DNA from: Deltaproteobacteria bacterium
GTDB taxonomy: Bacteria > Myxococcota > Kuafuiibacteriia > Kuafuiibacteriales > Kuafuiibacteriaceae
Direction: 5' to 3'
DNA: 13,490 nucleotides
Assembly: GCA_040218735.1 (NCBI GenBank)
Contig: JAVJQW010000068.1
Coordinates: 1 to 13,490 of the forward strand
A program made the translations under genes and the position numbers. Below, piece after piece: positions 7,345 to 13,490 of this stretch (position 1 is its first letter; each line of letters starts with the position of its first letter). Below the pieces are notes generated by a model. That model ran no database searches and was not told the DNA's origin. It saw only the letters and a list, made by a program, of their open reading frames with translations.

Positions 7345-8694
7345 ATGGATCTTGATGGCGACGTAACGAAGCGACTCGAGGCCTACCTGGGGGACATCGG
7401 CGAGATCCTGAAGTACCCAAAGCGCAAAGCGGCGTTCGCCACGTACGTCGTCGGCCTCTTCAGCATGGTAGAGCGCAAGACCGCCGAGGGCCTTGCTGCA
7501 CTCTCGGTTCCTGATCCGAACCGGGCGGATGCTGAGCATCAACGACTTCTGCATGTCATCGGACAGTCACGTTGGTCCGATCGCAACGTGCGGCGTCACG
7601 CGGCGAAGTATGCTCTCGACTCGATTGCAAGCACCGGGAAGGTCGAGAGCTGGATCATCGACGACACGGGCTGGCTGAAGAAGGGCAACCACTCCGTGGG
7701 CGTCCAACGGCAGTACACGGGAACGTCGGGCAAGGTCGACAACTGCCAGCTCGGCGTGACGCTCGCCGCCGCAACCCGCGATTGGCAGCTCCCGCTGGAT
7801 TTCGAGCTGTACCTCCCGGAGACGTGGATCGAGGATGAAGCGCGTCGCCTCGAAGCGAAAATACCAACCGATCGACGCTTCAAGACCAAGGAGGAGCTCG
7901 CGCTCGAGATGATCGACCGGGCTGTCGCGGACAATCTCCCACGTCCGAAGATCGCTCTTGCCGATTCGTTCTACGGTCGTTCCTGTGGGTTTCGGGCAGC
8001 TGTTCGCGCGCACCAAATTCACTATGGCGTTGGCGTTCGCCGCGACATCAAGGTCCGCCGAATCGACAGCAAGGGAACTCTACGAGGTCCTGTAACAACA
8101 GCCTCCGCGATCGCGAAGAAGGTGCAGTTTCGTCGCGTCAAGTGGACAGACGGTTCCGACGGCGACCTCTCGTCGCACTTCGCATTCGTTCGCGTTGTTC
8201 CGCAAGCCGACCTCAAAGCTGACCCGAGTGCGGAATCGGTCTGGCTCGTGATCGAAAGGGCGCACGACGACGAGCCCTGCAAGTACTTGCTGTGTTCCAT
8301 GCCGAAGACCACCCCTCGGCGTGAGCTTGTCCGTCTTCTCCATCAGCGCTGGCGAATCGAGCGCGTCTACCAGGACATGAAACAGGAGTTTGGGCTCGAT
8401 CAATATCAAGGACGCTCCTTCGTCGGATGGCACCATCACGTATCCGCCGCAATGGTGGGCTACGCGTTCGCAGTCGCCGAGCAAGCTCGGCTTTTTCCCC
8501 CTGGGGCTCTCAGTCTCGCCGAGACCCGTCCGACGTTCGTTCGTCCGGCCGCAACGCCATTTCGCCGAGTCGATGGCCATCATTCGGCGCGAGATACTGC
8601 TGCGAATTCTACACTGGTTACCGCACTGTCCGTCCTGCCGACGACGGATGCCGAAACGGGCCGAGTCCGCCTACGCTCAAACGTGACGCAGTAG
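7345..8694 (+). CDS. IS701-family DDE transposase
   Basis: Family motifs IIDDTGWLKKGNHSVGVQRQYTGTSGKVDNCQ, LYLPETW, LADSFYG, RWRIERVYQDMKQEFGLDQYQGRSFVGWHHH. Confidence 0.95.
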   Translation: MDLDGDVTKRLEAYLGDIGEILKYPKRKAAFATYVVGLFSMVERKTAEGLAALSVPDPNRADAEHQRLLHVIGQSRWSDRNVRRHAAKYALDSIASTGKVESWIIDDTGWLKKGNHSVGVQRQYTGTSGKVDNCQLGVTLAAATRDWQLPLDFELYLPETWIEDEARRLEAKIPTDRRFKTKEELALEMIDRAVADNLPRPKIALADSFYGRSCGFRAAVRAHQIHYGVGVRRDIKVRRIDSKGTLRGPVTTASAIAKKVQFRRVKWTDGSDGDLSSHFAFVRVVPQADLKADPSAESVWLVIERAHDDEPCKYLLCSMPKTTPRRELVRLLHQRWRIERVYQDMKQEFGLDQYQGRSFVGWHHHVSAAMVGYAFAVAEQARLFPPGALSLAETRPTFVRPAATPFRRVDGHHSARDTAANSTLVTALSVLPTTDAETGRVRLRSNVTQ

Positions 8695-8696
8695 TA
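8674..8696 (-). repeat. Right terminal inverted repeat of the IS701-family element (followed by target duplication CTAA, 8697-8700)
   Basis: CGCTCAAACGTGACGCAGTAGTA. It contains the transposase stop codon. Confidence 0.9.
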
Positions 8697-8722
8697 CTAA
8701 TCTCTCTGCTTCACGGGCAGAT

Positions 8723-8753
8723 TGCTATCGATAATGGGTTCTTATCGATACCA
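8723..8753. repeat. 12-7-12 inverted repeat; candidate recombinase or protein-binding site, or a hairpin between convergent genes
   Basis: TGCTATCGATAA-TGGGTTC-TTATCGATACCA. Arms are 11/12 complementary with the inner 9 bp perfect, and each arm contains the palindrome TATCGATA. Confidence 0.6.
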
Positions 8754-8787
8754 GCGGCCGAGTTCCGGTCCCAAGAGTCGGCATAAG

Positions 8788-11151
8788 TTATGGAAGTTCG
8801 AGGTGCCTGGCTGTGGACGCCTTGAAGCGGGACAGGCCCAGTTGCTGGCCGGCCGCTGATGTAAAACCTCCGAATCGTGCCGCATTCCAAGCGGTTCTAA
8901 AGGCTCCAGGGTCGACCTTGAGCCCCGCGCAGAATCGTTCGATAGCGTCGTCGTTGCGAAACAGCAGGCGCAATCCGATCTTCAGGTTGTTGTGGTCTGA
9001 GTAGCCGCAGAGCGGCAGTACAACCGGCTGGCGCTGGATTGTGTGGTCCAGGCCACGATCTCGAACGCGTTCGGCGAGTTCCACCGCTGCCAGTGTTAGG
9101 TTGTACGCAACAAGGGCCGATTCGAAGCTCTCAGGGGGCACGATTCCAGCGAGCCACGACCGATCGACCGGTAGTTGGCAGAGGAAGTCCCAGGACGACC
9201 GTTGCCAATGACGGAGCGTAGCCGGAAGTGATACCAGTTCAGCATAGTTCGTTAGAGTGAAGCTGGCATCGACCCTGGGATTGGGATCAACGACAATCAG
9301 CGTCGCGAGCTCCGTCGCCGAATCAAACCGACCGTGGAACAGACTGACGGCTCCGAGGAGGTAGTTCACCGCCCACGCAGCTACCCACGGACCGCTGATC
9401 GAAAGGGACCCTGGCGTTCCACTCATTGGTAGCGTGATCAAGTTGTCGAGGAGTGGGGTCGCGTCGCGAAACGGCAGGTTGCCTCTCTCAATACCTACGC
9501 AGGCGAGTGCGGCGGCCGGCGACAGCCGATCCAGTGCATCTGAGACAGCCGATAAGAGAACCTCCGCAGAAGCGGTCGTAACCGCAATCGCATCGCCCAC
9601 GTCGCGCCGCCATTCTTCAAGTCGCGCTGAAACGAACGGAGCTTGCGCCGCCGCCAGCCGTCGCCAGTCTCCTTCGTCACACTGCTTCGCCCATTCGACG
9701 ATCGCCATGGGCGTCGATCGGTCCAGTGCAACCTTCGTCGCGGCTGGTCTCGGGCCGAACTCGCCGCTGGCTATAGACGCCCTAAGCTTCGGATGTACAC
9801 GGACGACCTGCTTGTGAGGCCCTCGCTCTTTGCTTAGCCGAACGAAGTCCATCTCGTCGTACCAACGAAGAATATGAAGGGCGATGTCGTCACTGATTCC
9901 GAGCGCTTCGCCTACCTTAGGAACGTCGAGGCGTTCGTCGTCCATCAACAAGTGCGCGACCGCGTCGCGATGCTTCGGATAGTCTGGCTGTCGCCACCGA
10001 AGAAACATCTCGTACCCGTAGAGTGTACGGCTAACGAAAGCGAACCGTGAAGGTCCTGCGACGGTCGAGACTTTGAGGAGCCCTTCGCCATCGAGTATCT
10101 CAAGAGCGTCCAGGGTCGACTGGTCGTCGATGCCGAGCTTCTTCGTCAAGGGAAGTAGAGTCTTAGCTTCGACTCGTGACTGTGGCATTGAATAGAAGCA
10201 GTCGAATGCTTCCAGGTGCTGTGAGGATGCGTACTCGAATCCGAGGACTTCTTTCTCGACGGTGGTAGAACCCGAGCGAGTAGCGCCGAGCGGGGCTGAG
10301 TTTGGATGAGCGACGTCGATGTGGAGTGGTGGCAATGTGGCGATAAGTTCACGGACGCTCGCAAATCGCTCGGTTGGCTCGTATGCTGCGGCCCGGTCGA
10401 TGACCATCTCAAGGGCTCCCGCCGCGGCACGAGAGAGGGGGGCGGTTCCTGCGAGCGAGATGCGGTTCCCCTCAGGGCCTCTGCCTGTCAGGAGCCAAAG
10501 AAGCATCCAGCCGAGACCGTAGACTTCACTCTGGGGCGACGCGGCGGATCCGCGCCTAACCTCGGGAGCTCTCCAGTCTGGGGTTCCGACGGCCTCGTTC
10601 ATCTTTGTAACGCCGACCTGCCCCGCCGACTTTGCGATCCCGAAGTCCGTTACAACCAGTCGCGATGGTTCCTCTTCCATCCAGAGGAAGTTGTCTGGCT
10701 TTATGTCGCGGTGGAGTACCTGTTCCGAGTGTTCATGAAGGAATGCGATGCACTCACAGGCTTGGCGGAAGATCTGGATTGCAAAGAGAGGCGAGCGATT
10801 CACGTTGGGTAACGCTGGGAGAGGGACTCCGAGGTCGGCCACGTACCAAGCTAGGGCAGTACCTCCTTCCGAAGGCTCCCACGATGTGTCGGCATCATGC
10901 ACGGTGGGGACGAACTGGCTCTCGCAGGACCGAAGAAGCGCAACCTCCCGCTCGAAACGCATTCGTTGCTGGTCATCGGAGGCAGTACAGAGCTTGAGCG
11001 CTCGGGGGATCTGATGTGTGGCCGCTGAAGAGCGAACTCGCCACACGGACCCCTGGCCACCAGCGCCGAGCTTCTTCTCAAGGCGCCACGCCCCAAGGAC
11101 GGCGCCGTTTTTGGCTTTGAACTCGACTAGACTCATGGAGGCCTTGGGCAC
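8788..11151 (-). CDS. Hanks-type Ser/Thr protein kinase with central putative tandem winged-helix region and C-terminal helical domain
   Basis: LGAGGQGSVW (Gly loop), ALKL (Lys), FEREV (Glu), HRDIKPDN, TDFGIAK, GTPDWRAPE, SEVYGLG, ERF. Start GTG 11151 or ATG 11136. Confidence 0.92.
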   Translation of the reverse strand: MPKASMSLVEFKAKNGAVLGAWRLEKKLGAGGQGSVWRVRSSAATHQIPRALKLCTASDDQQRMRFEREVALLRSCESQFVPTVHDADTSWEPSEGGTALAWYVADLGVPLPALPNVNRSPLFAIQIFRQACECIAFLHEHSEQVLHRDIKPDNFLWMEEEPSRLVVTDFGIAKSAGQVGVTKMNEAVGTPDWRAPEVRRGSAASPQSEVYGLGWMLLWLLTGRGPEGNRISLAGTAPLSRAAAGALEMVIDRAAAYEPTERFASVRELIATLPPLHIDVAHPNSAPLGATRSGSTTVEKEVLGFEYASSQHLEAFDCFYSMPQSRVEAKTLLPLTKKLGIDDQSTLDALEILDGEGLLKVSTVAGPSRFAFVSRTLYGYEMFLRWRQPDYPKHRDAVAHLLMDDERLDVPKVGEALGISDDIALHILRWYDEMDFVRLSKERGPHKQVVRVHPKLRASIASGEFGPRPAATKVALDRSTPMAIVEWAKQCDEGDWRRLAAAQAPFVSARLEEWRRDVGDAIAVTTASAEVLLSAVSDALDRLSPAAALACVGIERGNLPFRDATPLLDNLITLPMSGTPGSLSISGPWVAAWAVNYLLGAVSLFHGRFDSATELATLIVVDPNPRVDASFTLTNYAELVSLPATLRHWQRSSWDFLCQLPVDRSWLAGIVPPESFESALVAYNLTLAAVELAERVRDRGLDHTIQRQPVVLPLCGYSDHNNLKIGLRLLFRNDDAIERFCAGLKVDPGAFRTAWNAARFGGFTSAAGQQLGLSRFKASTARHLELP

Positions 11152-11184
11152 TTCAGGTGGGCACCAGCTGCACCGTGCGTCGAG

Positions 11185-12585
11185 TTACATGCCTGATCCT
11201 GGAAACTTGAATGAAGAGACCCACGTTCCCTCAAGGTCGAGGGGGCCACGGCGCTGCGTCGCGAGGATTCGTTCCGCCTCCTCACCTACTCGCTGGTCGT
11301 CATTGGACCAGTTGCTCGTGTCGTAGAACGCGAGGTCTTCTGACCGTCCGGGCTCAGGTTTCAACAGCGGTTCCATGGCGAGGCCGACGAAGCGATCGCC
11401 TTTCCCGAGCTTAGCCCTCAGCGCCATGATGTACATGAGCAAGCGCATCAATCGCTCGTTTCGATAGCCCTCATACCCGTCGTTCCCGTATATCTCGGCC
11501 TCGTACGGGACCTGCCAGAAGACGTAGGCTGTGTGTGCTGGCGACGGCCCGAGCATAGTTCGGTAGAGGCCGGTCGCGGCGTCAGGGTGATGGGCGGCGT
11601 CAATGATAGCTTGGCCGAGAAGGCGGCGCTGAAGTCGGGGCTCGCGTGCCATCTCGCGAACGCCGCGTTCGTGCATCCGAAGGTCGAGTTCACCATTTCG
11701 AACGATTGAAGTGCCAGCCAGCATGTTCTTGGTGAACTGCCCGATCAGGTCATCCCAGATCTCTGACGACCGATCGACTCGCTGCTTGGCGGAGTATTCG
11801 GGAAGCGACTGCAGGCGCTCCCACGCTCCCGCACCAACCCGAACGACGTGTTCGCTCTCCTCCGAGAACATCGGAAGTCGGAAGGCACAGGATTCGCTGA
11901 GGTGGTTTGAGGCGAGATAATAGGCAAGAAAGTCTTCCTCTCCTGGCGCGGAGATCAAACGACCATTTCGTACAAGGTCCTCCTTCGTTTGAATGTACTC
12001 GACGAAGTCGGCGACCGTGTCGAGCTCGCCCAGCAGGATGGGAAGAGAGCCCTCGTCAAAGACGTGAACGAACGAATTGCGAGATGGGTTTCCAACGCGG
12101 AACAGAACGTCCGAGGGGTTGTGCTCGTAGTCGAGCATCAGGCTCCCGGAGCCTCTGCCGAAGTGCCGCCGGCAGCTCGCACGAGCACCAGAGGCAACCA
12201 CGACGAGGTGGTACGAGGCCTCATCAGGCGAGGGGATTGCGAGAGGAAAGCGCTGCGTACAGGCGCGATCGAGGAAAAGGCGATCCGGATGGGTAGCGAT
12301 CCATCTTCGCCCACCCTCAAGTTGTGCAGCGGACCGAGCGATCGCCTTCTTGTACCAACGCTTCCATGCGACGGTGGGGTCGGAGCCATATTCAACGTGT
12401 TTGTCAGAAAAGATGATCACATGGTGATCGAACACAACCAGCAGGTCGCACACCTCTTTTCCGAGGCCCCGGTCGTCGCGAAAGACGTTCGGGTATGACC
12501 ACAGATCCATGAACGTCCCTTCACAGAGGCGCGCTAGGCGCCGCTCAGACTCGGTGGTCCCTTCGGAGCGTTCGGTGGCGTTCAT
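11185..12585 (-). CDS. NERD-like PD-(D/E)xK nuclease-domain protein (about 466 aa)
   Basis: SERRLARL...KEVCDLLVVFDHHVIIFSDK...SAAQL gives the E...ExD...(D/E)K...Q layout of NERD-like nucleases. Start placed at MNATERSEGTTESER (12585) because the putative domain begins there; the ORF is open to 12714. Confidence 0.75.
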   Translation of the reverse strand: MNATERSEGTTESERRLARLCEGTFMDLWSYPNVFRDDRGLGKEVCDLLVVFDHHVIIFSDKHVEYGSDPTVAWKRWYKKAIARSAAQLEGGRRWIATHPDRLFLDRACTQRFPLAIPSPDEASYHLVVVASGARASCRRHFGRGSGSLMLDYEHNPSDVLFRVGNPSRNSFVHVFDEGSLPILLGELDTVADFVEYIQTKEDLVRNGRLISAPGEEDFLAYYLASNHLSESCAFRLPMFSEESEHVVRVGAGAWERLQSLPEYSAKQRVDRSSEIWDDLIGQFTKNMLAGTSIVRNGELDLRMHERGVREMAREPRLQRRLLGQAIIDAAHHPDAATGLYRTMLGPSPAHTAYVFWQVPYEAEIYGNDGYEGYRNERLMRLLMYIMALRAKLGKGDRFVGLAMEPLLKPEPGRSEDLAFYDTSNWSNDDQRVGEEAERILATQRRGPLDLEGTWVSSFKFPGSGM

Positions 12586-12658
12586 TGCTGCACGTTCCCC
12601 GAGCGTCCCCGCGGGAGGCGAGGCGCCTGTGGTCTCCTGCATCCTCGGCGCGGCGCTC

Positions 12659-12664
12659 ATTATA
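12659..12664 (-). promoter_or_regulatory. Possible sigma70 -10 box (TATAAT) for the nuclease-kinase operon
   Basis: Perfect TATAAT on the minus strand, 73 nt upstream of ATG 12585. No convincing -35 box. Confidence 0.3.
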
Positions 12665-12978
12665 CCGCAGAAGAACCTCGCGAACGACTTGCTGGATGAA
12701 CGCCTCTGCAACAAACCGACGATGCTGTGCGCCCGCTAAGGTGACGTCGTCGTTCCTTTGGTTTAGCAGCTGAACGAGAGTCTTGTGGACACCCTTGCTC
12801 AGGATCTTCACGTTCGGTGCAGAGTCCAGGACGACCCGATCCGACAAACGATGCGTCAGGCCGATCCTGTACACGCCCGAACAAACCGATATTCAGTCGA
12901 CGACGGACCGACATTCGAAAGATGACGGACTCGAGATCGCCCGCGGTAGCGTGTATAGGCGCTCGGGCGCGGCCCTAC

Positions 12979-13004
12979 TGTATGGAAGCAGGGGTTTTCG
13001 TACC
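12979..13004. promoter_or_regulatory. Degenerate relative of the inverted-repeat site upstream of the recombinase
   Basis: TGTATGGAAG-CAGGGG-TTTTCGTACC. The right arm shares TTTTCGTAC with 5946-5954, the left arm is 7/10 to TGTACGAAAA, and the spacer is again 6 bp. Confidence 0.4.
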
Positions 13005-13151
13005 CTTGCCCTACTCCACCGCTGAACGCTCAAGCGAGCAGCCCCGCGCTCCGGCTCGAGACGGGAGAACTCGCCATCGGCGCTCGGGCGCGCTCGGCGA
13101 CGCCATCACACGCCCCACGGAACGAAGTCGGATCGAATTCTCGGTGCACCC

Positions 13152-13451
13152 CTATGGCCACCACGGCGCCGACGCCCACGCGAGAAACGCCTCCCGGTGC
13201 GGCACGTCCCAGATCGACAGCGCCTCCATCACGTCGAACCGGCCGCAGGCCCATTCGTGACTCGGGTCCCAGACGGCGAGGAGGAACTGCGCCGCGAGCT
13301 TCTCGCCGTGGCTCGCAGCGGCAGCCCAAGAATCGAGGTCGCGTGGCCGCCAGGGCTCGATGGCCTCGGGGCGACGCACGAACGTCGGGAACGTCTTGGC
13401 GAGTTCGATCATCCGCCGTTCGGTGGGGCTGAAGCTGAGGGTGCGATTCAT
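13152..13451 (-). CDS. Small Trp-rich hypothetical protein (99 aa)
   Basis: AAGGAG lies 7 nt before ATG 13451. GC-rich codon usage and protein-like sequence SHGEKLAAQFLLAVW...FDVMEALSIWD...AFLAWASAPWWP. Confidence 0.75.
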   Translation of the reverse strand: MNRTLSFSPTERRMIELAKTFPTFVRRPEAIEPWRPRDLDSWAAAASHGEKLAAQFLLAVWDPSHEWACGRFDVMEALSIWDVPHREAFLAWASAPWWP

Positions 13452-13490
13452 CTCGGCGCTCCTTGCGTTCACTCCGACCCCGGCATCGTC

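Larger units (their letters stand above)
7200..8696 (+). mobile_element. IS701-family insertion sequence, 1497 bp, apparently complete
   Basis: Terminal inverted repeats CACTACTGCGTCACGCTTCTGCG (7200-7222) and TACTACTGCGTCACGTTTGAGCG (reverse complement of 8674-8696), 19/23 identical. Flanking direct repeat CTAA at 7196-7199 and 8697-8700. One DDE transposase inside. Confidence 0.93.

Noticed and set aside
8723-8753. Chromosomal dif site
   Set aside because: The spacer is 7 bp rather than 6 and no XerD arm is present.
8427-8786. -1-frame ORF over the transposase 3' end
   Set aside because: Arg/Ser-rich without motifs and runs past the IS end. The +1 frame is the one with a His/Cys motif.
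12586-12714. 43-codon N-terminal extension of the NERD-like ORF
   Set aside because: Non-ATG start, low-complexity sequence, and it spans a TATAAT box. The putative domain begins just after ATG 12585.
8788-12714. Complete BREX/Pgl system
   Set aside because: No methyltransferase (pglX), phosphatase (pglZ) or ATPase genes in the window. Only a domain-level analogy to PglW.
467-13432. Numerous other 60-170 aa ORFs in the six-frame track
   Set aside because: They overlap better-supported genes in other frames or strands and have the Arg/Pro/Ser-rich composition typical of GC-rich shadow ORFs.

Overview
GC-rich bacterial accessory region with two parts. Left part (1-4739): the 3' end of an Rhs/YD-repeat polymorphic toxin whose C-terminal tip is a recognisable GIY-YIG (URI-fold) nuclease, followed by a leucine-rich-repeat gene in the immunity position and a convergent Imm51-like immunity gene. 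Right part (4896-13490): a mobile-looking block with a tyrosine recombinase, a secreted hypothetical protein, an intact IS701-family element (inverted repeats plus CTAA target duplication), a tightly linked NERD-like PD-(D/E)xK nuclease + Ser/Thr kinase gene pair (candidate defence system), and a small Trp-rich hypothetical. Three related inverted-repeat sites (5930, 8723, 12979) lie between the genes and resemble tyrosine-recombinase core sites. No RNA genes or CRISPR arrays were seen. All family assignments come from reading motifs by eye; no database search was run.
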